Below are positions 21,690-35,523 of a stretch of 64,000 bases of DNA, one piece after another. The notes under the pieces are model-generated. The model saw nothing but the letters and a program-made list of their open reading frames with translations. It ran no database searches and was not told where the DNA came from. Position numbers and translations under genes: made by a program. The stretch is taken from the NCBI GenBank assembly GCA_031389685.1, contig JANMSV010000211.1:2263-66262 (forward strand), given 5' to 3'. Position 1 is the first letter of the stretch; every line of letters starts with the position of its first letter. The DNA is from Betaproteobacteria bacterium. Its GTDB lineage: Bacteria > Pseudomonadota > Gammaproteobacteria > Burkholderiales > SG8-39.

Positions 21690-22630
21690 GTGCGGCGTCA
21701 GGCGGCCCCCGCTGCGGCGGGGGTTTTCATTTTGGCGGCCGTGTTACTTGCGGGCTGCGCCGCGCCGCAAGTCTCCAGCCTCGTCCAGCAGCGTCCGCCG
21801 GGGCTGGCCGCCAAGGCCGAAATTACCGCGGTCCCGTTCTTCCCTCAGGAGGACTACCAGTGCGGGCCCGCTTCACTTGCCGCGGCGTTGGTCCATGCCG
21901 GACGCGAAGCGACGCCCGAATCGCTGCTGCCACAAGTGTTCCTGCCCGGGCGCAAAGGTTCGCTGCAAGCCGAAATGCTTGCCACTACCCGGCGCCATCG
22001 GCTTGTTGCCTATCCGCTTGCACCGCGCCTGGAGGACCTGATGCGCGAAATCGCGGCAGGCGTTCCCGTCGTCGTGCTCCAGAACCTGGCCTTGAACTGG
22101 GCGCCGCAATGGCACTACGCGGTGGCCATCGGCTACGACCTCGAATCGAGGCAGATCGTATTGCGTTCCGGGGTGACGCGCCGCGCGACGATGTCGCTCG
22201 ACACCTTCGAGCACACCTGGGCGAGAAGCGGCCACTGGGCGATGCTCGCGTTGCCGGCGGATCGCTTGCCGGTCACTGCCACTGAGACATCGTTTATCGC
22301 CGCTCTCGCGGCACTAGAGCGGGTCGCGCCTGCGGCGGCGCACGCGGGCTACGAGCATGCGCTCCAGCGCTGGCCGGGAAGCGCCGCCGCGCAAATCGGT
22401 TTGGGCAATGCCAGCTACGCGCTGCGCGACCTGCCCGGAGCCGCGGCAGCCTACCTGCGCGCGACGTTCGATCACCCAGCGTCGGCTGACGCGTGGAACA
22501 ATCTGGCACAGGCGCTGCACGAGCTGGGAAAACGCGAGGAAGCCCTCGTTGCCGCCCGCCGCGCGGTGGATCTCGGTGGACTGCGTCTGGGGACCTACCG
22601 CGAGACGCTCGAGGGCATCCTGCGACAACC

Positions 22631-22634
<4 letters not shown>
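21690..22634 (+). CDS. PA2778-family C39-like cysteine peptidase lipoprotein with TPR repeats
   Basis: Lipobox LLAGC, papain/C39-type nucleophile context [15 protein letters not shown], a later HYAVAIGYD, and C-terminal TPR-like repeats. GTG start lies 5 nt after the PA2779-like stop. Confidence 0.65.
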
Positions 22635-24628
<1,994 letters not shown>

Positions 24629-24658
24629 CATGGCGGCCCGATTTCGAAGGGAAAATCC

Positions 24659-24982
24659 ATGAAACTAGAATTACTTTCCGCCACCGGGCTGGCGCTCGCC
24701 GCCGCGCTGACGGCGTCACTTCCCGCATCGGCGAGCGAAGCGCTCGCCAAGCAGCATGCCTGCGCCGCCTGCCACGTGGTGAAGGGCGCCAAGACCGTCG
24801 GCCCGGCGTACGCCGACGTGGCGAAGAAGTATGCGGGTCAGAAAGACGCCGAAGCCAAGCTGGTTGAAAAAGTGAAGAAGGGCGGCACGGGTGTTTGGGG
24901 CCAGATTCCGATGCCCCCGAACGCCAACGTTCCCGAAGGCGAAGTGCGCGCGCTGGTGAAGTGGATTCTCTCGATCAAGTAA
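24659..24982 (+). CDS. cytochrome c551/c552 (class I, c8 family)
   Basis: Signal peptide, single CAACH heme site, VGPAYADVAKKYAG and GVWGQIPMPPN, closely paralleling Pseudomonas c551. Confidence 0.9.
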   Translation: MKLELLSATGLALAAALTASLPASASEALAKQHACAACHVVKGAKTVGPAYADVAKKYAGQKDAEAKLVEKVKKGGTGVWGQIPMPPNANVPEGEVRALVKWILSIK

Positions 24983-25008
24983 CGCAACCCAACGTTCCCG
25001 GAGGTTTT

Positions 25009-26193
25009 ATGCAGTATCCCAAGATTTCGCTGACCCTCGTTGCGGCCGCGGTCGCATTGATCGGTTGCGGCGAGCAAAAGCCGGCCGCCAAGGCCGACGC
25101 GATGTTAGAAGTGAAGATCGGCCACGTCGGCCCGATGACCGGCGGCATCGCGCACCTCGGCAAGGACAACGAGAACGGTGCGCGCCTGGCGGTGGACCAG
25201 GCGAACGACGCCAAGATCAAACTCGGCGGCAAGGTCGTCAAGTTCGTCTTCATGGGCGAGGACGATCAGGCAGATCCGAAGGTTGGTACCACGGTGGCGC
25301 AAAAACTGGTCGACGCCAAGGTCGCCGGCGTGGTCGGCCACCTGAACTCGGGCACCTCGATCCCGGCCTCGCCGATTTACAGCCAGGCCGGCATCCCGGT
25401 GATTTCGGGTTCGGCCACCAACCCGAAACTCACCGAGCAGGGATTCAAGACGCAGTTCCGCGTGGTCGGCCGCGACGATCAGCAGGGGCCGGCGATTGCC
25501 AGCTACCTGGCGACCAACAACAAGCCGAAAATGGTGGCGGTGATTGACGACGCTACGGCCTACGGCGAGGGCATCGCCAACGAGGTCGAGAAGACCCTCA
25601 AGGCGTCGGGCGTGCAGGTGTTGCCGCGCGAGAAGGGCACCGACAAGACCACCGACTGGAAGGCGGTGCTGACCAAACTCAAGGGACGCAACCCGGATGC
25701 GATCTTCTACGGCGGCATGGACGCCACCGGCGGGCCGCTGATGAAGCAGGGGCGCGAACTGGGCCTCAAGGCCGTGTTCGCGTTCGGCGACGGCGCCTGC
25801 ACCGACGAGATGACCAAGCTCGCCGGCACGGCGGCCGAAGGGCTGCTGTGCTCGCAGGCCGGCATCCCGGTGGCCGCCGCGGACAAGAGTTTCCTCAATG
25901 CCTACAAGAAAAAATTCAACGTCGACCCGATCCTGTACGCGCCATTCACCTACGACGCGGCCAACATCCTGATCGCGGCGATGACGAAGGCGGATTCGGC
26001 CGATCCGGCGAAGTACCTGCCGGAACTTGCCAAGATCAGCTACAAGGGCGTTACCGGGGAGATCTCCTTCGACGCGAAGGGCGATCGCAAGGACGCCGAG
26101 ATGACCATCTTCACCATGAAGGGCGGCAAGATCGAACCGCTGGCGGTGATCAAGGGCGGCAAGACGATTCCGTTCGCCGAGTTCGGCAAGTAA
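25009..26193 (+). CDS. branched-chain amino acid ABC transporter substrate-binding lipoprotein
   Basis: Lipobox LIGCG. IGHVGPMTGGIAHLGKDNENGARLA is typical of the LivK/BraC family. ATG 25009, not 24895. Confidence 0.85.
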   Translation: MQYPKISLTLVAAAVALIGCGEQKPAAKADAMLEVKIGHVGPMTGGIAHLGKDNENGARLAVDQANDAKIKLGGKVVKFVFMGEDDQADPKVGTTVAQKLVDAKVAGVVGHLNSGTSIPASPIYSQAGIPVISGSATNPKLTEQGFKTQFRVVGRDDQQGPAIASYLATNNKPKMVAVIDDATAYGEGIANEVEKTLKASGVQVLPREKGTDKTTDWKAVLTKLKGRNPDAIFYGGMDATGGPLMKQGRELGLKAVFAFGDGACTDEMTKLAGTAAEGLLCSQAGIPVAAADKSFLNAYKKKFNVDPILYAPFTYDAANILIAAMTKADSADPAKYLPELAKISYKGVTGEISFDAKGDRKDAEMTIFTMKGGKIEPLAVIKGGKTIPFAEFGK

Positions 26194-26217
26194 GCGCCAC
26201 ACTCCGGCATCGAGAAG

Positions 26218-26241
26218 ACGGCACCTGCGGGGTGCCGTTTT
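26218..26241 (+). terminator. Rho-independent terminator after the binding-protein gene
   Basis: ACGGCACC-tgcg-GGTGCCGT (8-bp stem, 4-nt loop) followed by TTTTC. Confidence 0.65.
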
Positions 26242-26263
26242 CATATCTGCTAGGCTCCAGCGC

Positions 26264-27250
26264 GTGGACATTTTCCTGCAGCAGGTCGTCAACGGCCTGA
26301 CGTTGGGCAGCGTGTACGCGGTGGTGGCGCTCGGTTACACCATGGTCTACGGCATTATCCAACTGATCAATTTCGCTCACGGCGAAGTGGTGATGATCGG
26401 CGCGATGGTGGCGTTTTCGGTGATTACCAGCCTGGCCACCGCGGGCATGCCGCCGCTGCTGGTGGTGATGCTGGGCATCAGCTGCGCGGTACCGGTGTGC
26501 ATGGCGGTCGGCTACGCCATGGAGCGCCTTGCGTACCGGCCGCTGCGCCGGGCGCCGCGCCTCGCGCCGCTGATCACCGCGATCGGCGTGTCGATCATCC
26601 TGCAGCACCTGGCGCTGCTGGTGTGGACGCGCAATATGATCGCGTTTCCGCAGATCATCCAGATCCACATCTACACTTTCGCCGGGGCCACGATCACCAA
26701 CGTGCAGCTCGCCATCGTCGCGCTGTGCATCGCGATCATGGCGGGGCTGGCGATCCTCGTTTACCGGACGCGGCTCGGCACGGCGATGCGCGCCACTGCG
26801 CAAAACCCGCAAGTCGCCGGGCTGATGGGCGTGGACGTCAACCGCGTGATCGCCGCTACCTTCATCATTGGCGCCGGCCTCGGCGCGGTGGCAGGGGTGA
26901 TGGTCGGCACCTACTATGGCATCGCGCAGTACACCATGGGTTCGGTCCTCGGCCTGAAGGCGTTCGCCGCGGCGGTGCTGGGCGGCATCGGCAACATCCC
27001 CGGAGCGATGCTCGGCGGCGTGTTGCTCGGTGTCGTCGAGGCGCTGGGGGCGGGCTACATCGGGGACCTGACGGATCTGTGCCGCTATGCCTGGTTGGCG
27101 GACCTGCTCGGCGAGCGCTGCGCCGGCGACGGGCATTTCATCCTGTTCGGTTCCAACTACCAGGACGTGTTTGCTTTCGTGGTGCTGATTCTGGTGTTGG
27201 TGTTCAGGCCTTCCGGCCTGCTGGGCGAGCGAGTCGGCGACCGCGCATGA
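26264..27250 (+). CDS. livH: branched-chain amino acid ABC transporter permease
   Basis: FLQQVVNGLTLGSVYAVVALGYTMVYG N-terminus. GTG start. Contains an extra ~20-aa segment before the last TM (see findings). Confidence 0.9.
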   Translation: MDIFLQQVVNGLTLGSVYAVVALGYTMVYGIIQLINFAHGEVVMIGAMVAFSVITSLATAGMPPLLVVMLGISCAVPVCMAVGYAMERLAYRPLRRAPRLAPLITAIGVSIILQHLALLVWTRNMIAFPQIIQIHIYTFAGATITNVQLAIVALCIAIMAGLAILVYRTRLGTAMRATAQNPQVAGLMGVDVNRVIAATFIIGAGLGAVAGVMVGTYYGIAQYTMGSVLGLKAFAAAVLGGIGNIPGAMLGGVLLGVVEALGAGYIGDLTDLCRYAWLADLLGERCAGDGHFILFGSNYQDVFAFVVLILVLVFRPSGLLGERVGDRA

Positions 27251-28326
27251 ACGCGCTGTTCGACACGCGCAGCAATCCCAAACTGGTCTGGGCCGGGGTG
27301 GCGGTGATCGCGCTCACCCTGCTGGTCCTGCCGTTCGCGCTGGCGCAGGTCGGCACCAGCTGGGTGCGCATCACCAACTACGCCATCCTTTACGTGCTGC
27401 TCGCGCTTGGCCTGAACATCGTGGTCGGCTTTGCGGGCCTGCTGGATCTGGGCTACGTCGCGTTTTACGCGGTGGGCGCCTACACCTATGCGCTGCTCGC
27501 CAGTCCGCAGTTCGGCCTGCACCTGCCGTTCTGGTTGATCCTGCCGATCGGGGCGTTGGTGGCGGCGTTCTTCGGCGTGCTGCTGGGCGCGCCCACGCTC
27601 AAGCTGCGCGGCGACTACCTGGCGATCGTCACGCTGGGTTTTGGCGAAATAGTGCGCATCTTCCTGAACAACTTGTCGCGCCCCATCAACTTCACCAACG
27701 GGCCACAGGGCATCGCGCGCATCGATCCTTTCTCGTTTGGCGGGTTCGACTTCTCGAAACCGGAGTCGCTGCTCGGCCTCGCGTTCAGCGGCCCGATCAA
27801 GTATTACTACCTGCTGCTCGCGGTGATGCTGGTGGTACTGGTGGTCAACGTGCGCCTGCAGAACTCGAGGATCGGCCGCGCCTGGGAAGCGGTGCGCGAG
27901 GATGAGACCGCGGCGCGCGCCATGGGCATCAACACCACGCGCATGAAGCTGCTCGCCTTCGCCATGGGCGCCACTTTCGGCGGCGTGGCGGGCGGCATGT
28001 TCTCCGCGATCCAGGGGTTCATCTCCCCCGAGAGCTTCGTGCTGGTGGAGTCCATCATGGTGGTGGCGATGGTGGTGCTGGGCGGCATGGGCAATATCTG
28101 GGGCGTGGTGCTCGGCGCAGTGCTGCTGTCCTTCGTGCCCGAGATCCTGCGCTGGACGGTGCAGCCGCTGCAGGAGGCGCTGTTCGGCCGCATGCTGATC
28201 GAGCCCGAAGTGATCCGCATGCTGATTTTCGGCCTGGCGTTGGTGCTGGTGATGCTGTTCCGGCCTGCGGGGCTCCTGCCTTCCGGCGTGCGCCAAAGGG
28301 AACTCACCGATGAACGCGCTGCTTGA
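27247..28326 (+). CDS. livM: branched-chain amino acid ABC transporter permease
   Basis: ATGA overlap with livH. LGLNIVVGFAGLLDLGYVAFYAVGAY motif. The listed ORF from 26497 is an extension. Confidence 0.9.
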   Translation: MNALFDTRSNPKLVWAGVAVIALTLLVLPFALAQVGTSWVRITNYAILYVLLALGLNIVVGFAGLLDLGYVAFYAVGAYTYALLASPQFGLHLPFWLILPIGALVAAFFGVLLGAPTLKLRGDYLAIVTLGFGEIVRIFLNNLSRPINFTNGPQGIARIDPFSFGGFDFSKPESLLGLAFSGPIKYYYLLLAVMLVVLVVNVRLQNSRIGRAWEAVREDETAARAMGINTTRMKLLAFAMGATFGGVAGGMFSAIQGFISPESFVLVESIMVVAMVVLGGMGNIWGVVLGAVLLSFVPEILRWTVQPLQEALFGRMLIEPEVIRMLIFGLALVLVMLFRPAGLLPSGVRQRELTDERAA

Positions 28327-29080
28327 AGCCATAGGCGTCGGCAAGCGCTTCGGCGGCGTGCAGGCGCTCTCGGGCGTGTCGTTCTCCATCCGGCGCGGTG
28401 AGATCTACGGCTTGATCGGGCCCAACGGCGCCGGCAAAACCACGCTGTTCAACCTGCTGACGGGCATTTACGCCCCCGACGCGGGAAGCTTCGAGTTCGA
28501 CGGCGCGCCGCTCAAGCGCCTTGCGCCGCACCAGGTCGCCGAGCGCGGTATCGCGCGCACGTTCCAGAACATCCGGCTGTTCGCCAATATTTCGGTGCTC
28601 GAGAACGTGATGATCGGGCGCCACGTGCGCACGCACGCCGGCGTGCTTGGCGCCATCCTCAGGAACCGCGCCACGCTGGCGGAGGAAGCCGCCATCGAGC
28701 GCCGCGCGCTCGAGCTGCTCGAGTACGTCGGCATCCGCGCACGCGCCAACAATTCCGCCGGCAGCCTGCCCTACGGCGACCAGCGGCGCCTGGAGATCGC
28801 GCGCGCGCTGGCGACCGATCCGAAGCTGCTGGCACTGGATGAACCCGCAGCCGGCATGAATCCCGCCGAAACGCAGGCACTGCGCAAGCTGCTGAACAGG
28901 ATCCGCGCGGACGGCGTCACGATCCTGCTGATCGAGCATGACGTGCGCCTGGTGATGAACGTGTGTGACCGGGTGCTGGTGCTGGACTACGGCGAGAGGA
29001 TCGCCGAAGGCACTCCCGCCGAGGTGCAGCGCGACCCGAAGGTCATCGAAGCCTACCTCGGCACGCCGCATGCTGCTTGA
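28310..29080 (+). CDS. livG: branched-chain amino acid ABC transporter ATP-binding protein
   Basis: Walker A GPNGAGKTT, signature YGDQRRLEIARAL, Walker B LLALDEP. Confidence 0.93.
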   Translation: MNALLEAIGVGKRFGGVQALSGVSFSIRRGEIYGLIGPNGAGKTTLFNLLTGIYAPDAGSFEFDGAPLKRLAPHQVAERGIARTFQNIRLFANISVLENVMIGRHVRTHAGVLGAILRNRATLAEEAAIERRALELLEYVGIRARANNSAGSLPYGDQRRLEIARALATDPKLLALDEPAAGMNPAETQALRKLLNRIRADGVTILLIEHDVRLVMNVCDRVLVLDYGERIAEGTPAEVQRDPKVIEAYLGTPHAA

Positions 29081-29780
29081 AGTCCAGGGCCTGGAAGTCC
29101 ACTACGGCGGCATCCGCGCCGTGAAGGGCATCGACCTCGCGGTTGCCGAAGGAGAACTCGTGTGCCTGATCGGCGCCAATGGCGCCGGGAAAACTTCCGC
29201 CTTGAAGGCAATCTGCGGCTTGCATGCGCGCGGCGGCAAGGTGACCTACGCCGGTCAGTCGCTCGAAGGCCTGCCTGTGTTCGAGCTGCCGCGGCGCGGG
29301 TTGGTGATGGTGCCCGAAGGCCGCGGCGTATTTCCGCAACTGACCGTGGCGGAAAACCTCGCCATGGGCGCATACGCACGCCAGGATGGCGATGTCGATG
29401 CGGATCTTGCGCGCCAGTACGAGTCGTTTCCGCGGCTGAAAGAGAGGCGCCGCCAGACCGCCGGTACGCTCTCCGGCGGCGAGCAGCAGATGCTCGCCAT
29501 CGGGCGGGCGCTGATGAGCCGGCCGAAGCTGCTGCTGCTGGACGAGCCCTCGATGGGCCTCGCGCCGCTGATGGTGGCGAAGATCTTCGACATCGTGCGC
29601 GAAGTCGCCGCGCGCGGCGTGACCATCCTGCTGGTGGAGCAGAACGCGAAGCTCGCGCTCGAGCTCGCGCACCGCGGCTACGTCATGGAATCAGGCAGCA
29701 TCACCCTCGCCGACGGGGCAAAGGAGTTGCTTGCGAACCCCAAGGTGCGGGAAGCCTACCTGGGGGAAGGCGCAGGCTGA
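29070..29780 (+). CDS. livF: branched-chain amino acid ABC transporter ATP-binding protein
   Basis: Walker A GANGAGKTS, signature LSGGEQQMLAIGRAL, Walker B LLLLDEP. ATG 29070 overlaps the livG 3' end. Confidence 0.93.
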   Translation: MLLEVQGLEVHYGGIRAVKGIDLAVAEGELVCLIGANGAGKTSALKAICGLHARGGKVTYAGQSLEGLPVFELPRRGLVMVPEGRGVFPQLTVAENLAMGAYARQDGDVDADLARQYESFPRLKERRRQTAGTLSGGEQQMLAIGRALMSRPKLLLLDEPSMGLAPLMVAKIFDIVREVAARGVTILLVEQNAKLALELAHRGYVMESGSITLADGAKELLANPKVREAYLGEGAG

Positions 29781-30793
29781 GCAATATCCGCCTGCGTGGT
29801 GAAGCTGTCGGCGTAGAACTCGTCTTCCGGCAGCTTGCACTGCGCGATGAAATCACGCCGCGCGGAATCCACCATGATCGGCACGCCGCAGGCGTAGACC
29901 TGGTGCCCTGAGAGATCCGGGAAGTCCTGCATCACGGCGCGGTGCACGAAGCCCGTGCGACCCGACCAAGCGTCCTCGGGCAGGCCGTCGGAAATCACCG
30001 GCACGTATTTGAGCGAGCCTTGCGCCGCCCAAGCTTCGGCGATGGCGTGCATGTAGAGGTCCGCGGGCCGCCGCCCGCCCCAGTACAACGTCATCGGGCG
30101 GAAAATTCCCTTGCGCAGCGCGTGTTCGATCATCGACTTGACGGGCGCAAAGCCGGTGCCGGAGGCCACCAGCACGATCGGCTTGTCTGAATCCTCGCGC
30201 AGGAAGAACGTGCCCTGCGGCCCCTCGAAGCGCAGGATGTCGCGCTCCTTCATTTTGCCGAATACGTGGTCGGTGAACTGCCCGCCGGGCACGTGGCGCA
30301 CGTGCAGCTGGATCAGCTCGTCGTCGTGCGGCGCATTGCCCATGGAGAAGCTGCGCCGCGAGCCGTCCTTGAGGAGAAATTCGAGGAACTGCCCGGCAAG
30401 GAACTGCAGCCGCTCGTTGGCCGGGAGCTTGAGGCCGAGCAGCATCACGTCCTGGGTGACGCGTTCCAACTTCTGCACGCGGCACGGCAGAGTCTTGACC
30501 TGGATGTCCTTGGCCGCACCGATGGTGCGCGCCTCGATCACCAGGTCTGTAAGGGGCTTCGCCTGGCAGAACAGCGCTTTGCCTTGCGATTTCTCTGCAT
30601 CCGGCAGCGCCTTTTGCTGGTAAACGCCGTAGTCCACAGTGCCGGAGACGATTTTCCCCTTGCAGCTCCCGCAAGCGCCGTTTTTACACCCGTAGGGCAG
30701 CACGAACCCCTGGCGCAGCGCCGCGGCGAGGACGGCTTCGCCGTCCTCGACCTGGAACTCTTGCCCGCTGGGCTGGATCGTGACCTTGTACAT
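29756..30793 (-). CDS. 2Fe-2S ferredoxin / FAD / NAD(P)H oxidoreductase (CDP-6-deoxy-delta-3,4-glucoseen reductase-like)
   Basis: N-terminal plant-type ferredoxin CKNGACGSCKGK...C, RSFS flavin motif, GTGFAP NAD(P)-binding motif. ATG at 30793 (MYKVTIQPSG). Confidence 0.8.
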   Translation of the reverse strand: MYKVTIQPSGQEFQVEDGEAVLAAALRQGFVLPYGCKNGACGSCKGKIVSGTVDYGVYQQKALPDAEKSQGKALFCQAKPLTDLVIEARTIGAAKDIQVKTLPCRVQKLERVTQDVMLLGLKLPANERLQFLAGQFLEFLLKDGSRRSFSMGNAPHDDELIQLHVRHVPGGQFTDHVFGKMKERDILRFEGPQGTFFLREDSDKPIVLVASGTGFAPVKSMIEHALRKGIFRPMTLYWGGRRPADLYMHAIAEAWAAQGSLKYVPVISDGLPEDAWSGRTGFVHRAVMQDFPDLSGHQVYACGVPIMVDSARRDFIAQCKLPEDEFYADSFTTQADIAQPAPSPR

Positions 30794-30802
30794 ATCGCTA
30801 AA

Positions 30803-31645
30803 ATGGCACCAATGAAGAACAAGCTGTTGATCGCGGGCTACGGCGACATTGCGCGCCGCGCCGCGCCGCGGCTCGAAACGCACTACCAGGTTCAGCCGCT
30901 GTCGCGCCGCCACGGCTTCGATCTCGACTGCCCCACTACGCTTACCGCACTGCCGGAGGCGGTCGCCATCCTGCATTGCGCGCCGCCGCCGGGCACCGGC
31001 ACGGCGGACACCCGCACCGCCCATCTGCTCGCGGCACTCGCGAAGGGGCGGATTTTACCGGCGCGCGTGGTCTACGTCAGCACGAGCGGCGTGTACGGAG
31101 ACTGCGGCGGCGCGCGCGTGGACGAATTGCGCGCCGTGCGCCCGCAGACCGACCGCGCGCGCAGGCGCGTGGACGCCGAGTGCCAGCTTGCACGATGGTG
31201 CAGCGAGCGTGGCGTCGTCCTGGTGATCCTGCGTGTGCCCGGCATCTACGCCGCCGACCGGCTGCCGCTCGAGCGCTTGCGCGTGGGCACGCCGGCGCTG
31301 CGCGCCGAGGACGACGTGTATACCAACCACGTGCACGCTGACGACCTCGCGGCGATCGCGGTGAGCGCGCTGGGAGAAGGCGCGCCCGCGGGCATCTACA
31401 ACGCGAGCGACGACAGCGAAATCCGCATGGGCGACTGGTTCGACCTGGTGGCGGAGCGCGCCGGGCTGCCGCGGCCGCCGCGCATCGCGCGGTCCGAGGC
31501 GGCCGGCCGCATTGCGCCCGAGCTGCTTTCGTTCATGAGCGAATCCAGGCGCCTCGCCAACCGGCGCATGAAGGAGGGCCTGGGCGTGCGCCTGCAGTAC
31601 CCGACGGTATTCGAAGGCGTGCCGCGTTCCCTGGAGGCCCGATGA
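30803..31645 (+). CDS. NAD(P)-dependent oxidoreductase/epimerase (extended SDR-like)
   Basis: N-terminal Rossmann LLIAGYGDIARR and downstream YVSTSGVYGD. Alternative ATG at 30812. Confidence 0.7.
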   Translation: MAPMKNKLLIAGYGDIARRAAPRLETHYQVQPLSRRHGFDLDCPTTLTALPEAVAILHCAPPPGTGTADTRTAHLLAALAKGRILPARVVYVSTSGVYGDCGGARVDELRAVRPQTDRARRRVDAECQLARWCSERGVVLVILRVPGIYAADRLPLERLRVGTPALRAEDDVYTNHVHADDLAAIAVSALGEGAPAGIYNASDDSEIRMGDWFDLVAERAGLPRPPRIARSEAAGRIAPELLSFMSESRRLANRRMKEGLGVRLQYPTVFEGVPRSLEAR

Positions 31646-31965
31646 GTGCCCTGCTGGTCCTGACCACTCTGCCGGATCGCCCGGCCGCCGAGAAACTGGC
31701 CGCGGCGCTGGTCGAGGCGCGCGTCGCCGCCTGCGTCAACATCCTGGCGCCCTGCGCCTCGGTGTATCGCTGGAAGGGGGTCGTGCAGCATGACGAGGAG
31801 CACCCGCTGCTGATCAAGACCACGCGCGAGGCTTACGCCGCGCTCGAGGCGGCCATCCGCACACGGCACCCCTATGAACTTCCGGAGATCGTGGCAGTCC
31901 CAATCGAGCGCGGCCTGCCCGCCTATCTCGACTGGCTTGCCGCGGAGACCACCCCTTCCCAGTGA
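31642..31965 (+). CDS. cutA: divalent-cation tolerance protein CutA
   Basis: 107 aa. AACVNILAPCASVYRWKG...E and HPYELPEIVAVPI are CutA signatures. ATGA overlap with the SDR gene. Confidence 0.9.
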   Translation: MSALLVLTTLPDRPAAEKLAAALVEARVAACVNILAPCASVYRWKGVVQHDEEHPLLIKTTREAYAALEAAIRTRHPYELPEIVAVPIERGLPAYLDWLAAETTPSQ

Positions 31966-33515
31966 CCCGGCTAGGCTTCCTTTGCATTGCGTTCGCGGCG
32001 CTGACGGTGCATGCCGCGTCGCCCGACGAATTGCTCGAGCCCGAGCGGGCGTTCCGGTTCTCGGCCCGCGCCCTGGGCACGGACGCGCTGGAAGTGAGGT
32101 TCGCGATCGCGGACGGCTACTACATGTACCGCGAGCGCTTCAAGTTCGAGTCCGCAAATGCACGGCTGGGCAAGCCCGAGCTGCCGTCGGGGGAGCGCAA
32201 GACGGACCAGTTCTTCGGCGACACCGAGACCTATCGCAAGGAGGTGCGCATCCGCGTGCCGGTGCAGGCGGAGGCAGCGGCGCCGGTCGACCTGGTCGTC
32301 ACCTCGCAAGGCTGCGCCGATATCGGCGTGTGTTACGTGCCGATGGAGTCGCGCGCCAAGATCCAGCTGGCAGCATCTGAATTGGCGCCGCAGTTCAGCG
32401 AAGGTCCCCGTATCGTGCCCAATGCGGCGCGCTGGTCGATTTACGCGAGCGATCAGGACATCGCTGCGCTGTTCCAGGGGAATTTCGCCTTCGTCATCGC
32501 GGGATTCTTCGGCTTCGGGCTGCTGCTTGCGTTCACGCCCTGCGTCCTGCCGATGATCCCGATTCTCTCCGGCATCATCGCCGGCGAGGGCCGCGGCGCG
32601 AACAAGAAGCGCGCCTTCGTGCTGTCCCTTTCCTACGTGCTCGGCATGGCGGTGGCCTACGCCGCCGCCGGCGTCGCTGCCGTCTACTCCGGCTCGCTGA
32701 TCGCCGCATCGCTGCAAAACGCCTGGGTGCTCGCCGGCTTCGCACTGGTGTTCGTACTGCTGGCACTGTCGATGTTCGGGCTCTACGAACTGCAGTTGCC
32801 CGGATTCCTGCGCCAGCCGCTCTCCTCCGCGCATTCCCGCCTCGCGGGCGGCAAGCTTGCCTCGGTGGCCGGCATGGGGGTGTTCTCGGCGATCATCGTC
32901 AGTCCCTGCGTGGCAGCGCCGCTGGCCGGGGCGCTGCTGTATATCAGCCAGACGCGCGACGTCGCGCTCGGCGGCTCGGCGCTGTTCGCCATGGCGCTCG
33001 GCATGGGCGTCCCCTTGCTCGTGATCGGCGTATCCGAGGGTGCGCTGTTGCCCAAGGCGGGGCGCTGGATGAGCGCGGTGAAGAAATTCTTTGGCGTGCT
33101 GTTGCTGGCGGTGGCGGTCTGGATCGTGTCGCCATTGTTTCTCGACGGCAAAGGAGGCACCAAGTTCGTGCGCGTGGAAAGCGTTGCGGCGCTGGACGCG
33201 CAGCTCGTCGCGCCGGGCAAGCCGGTGATGCTCGATTTTTACGCTGACTGGTGCGTGTCCTGCAGGGAAATGGAAGCCTTCACGTTCACCGACGTGCGCG
33301 TCAAAGCGAAGCTTGACCGCATGCTGCTGCTGCAGGCCGATGTCACCGCGAACAGCGCCGAGGACAAGGCGCTGCTCAAGCGCTTCTCGCTGTTCGGCCC
33401 GCCGGGCATCATCTTCTTCGATACGCGCGGACAGGAGATCCGCGGGCTGCGCGTGATCGGCTACCAGAACGCCGAGCGTTTCCTGAAGTCGCTCGAGCAG
33501 GCCAGCGCGGACTGA
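31962..33515 (+). CDS. dsbD: thiol:disulfide interchange protein DsbD
   Basis: Alpha domain (YYMYRERF, CADIGVCY), central TM core with PCVLPMIP and SPCVAAPL, and gamma thioredoxin domain DFYADWCVSCRE. GTGA overlap with cutA. Confidence 0.9.
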   Translation: MTRLGFLCIAFAALTVHAASPDELLEPERAFRFSARALGTDALEVRFAIADGYYMYRERFKFESANARLGKPELPSGERKTDQFFGDTETYRKEVRIRVPVQAEAAAPVDLVVTSQGCADIGVCYVPMESRAKIQLAASELAPQFSEGPRIVPNAARWSIYASDQDIAALFQGNFAFVIAGFFGFGLLLAFTPCVLPMIPILSGIIAGEGRGANKKRAFVLSLSYVLGMAVAYAAAGVAAVYSGSLIAASLQNAWVLAGFALVFVLLALSMFGLYELQLPGFLRQPLSSAHSRLAGGKLASVAGMGVFSAIIVSPCVAAPLAGALLYISQTRDVALGGSALFAMALGMGVPLLVIGVSEGALLPKAGRWMSAVKKFFGVLLLAVAVWIVSPLFLDGKGGTKFVRVESVAALDAQLVAPGKPVMLDFYADWCVSCREMEAFTFTDVRVKAKLDRMLLLQADVTANSAEDKALLKRFSLFGPPGIIFFDTRGQEIRGLRVIGYQNAERFLKSLEQASAD

Positions 33516-33523
33516 GCGTTCCG

Positions 33524-35493
<1,970 letters not shown>

Positions 35494-35523
<30 letters not shown>

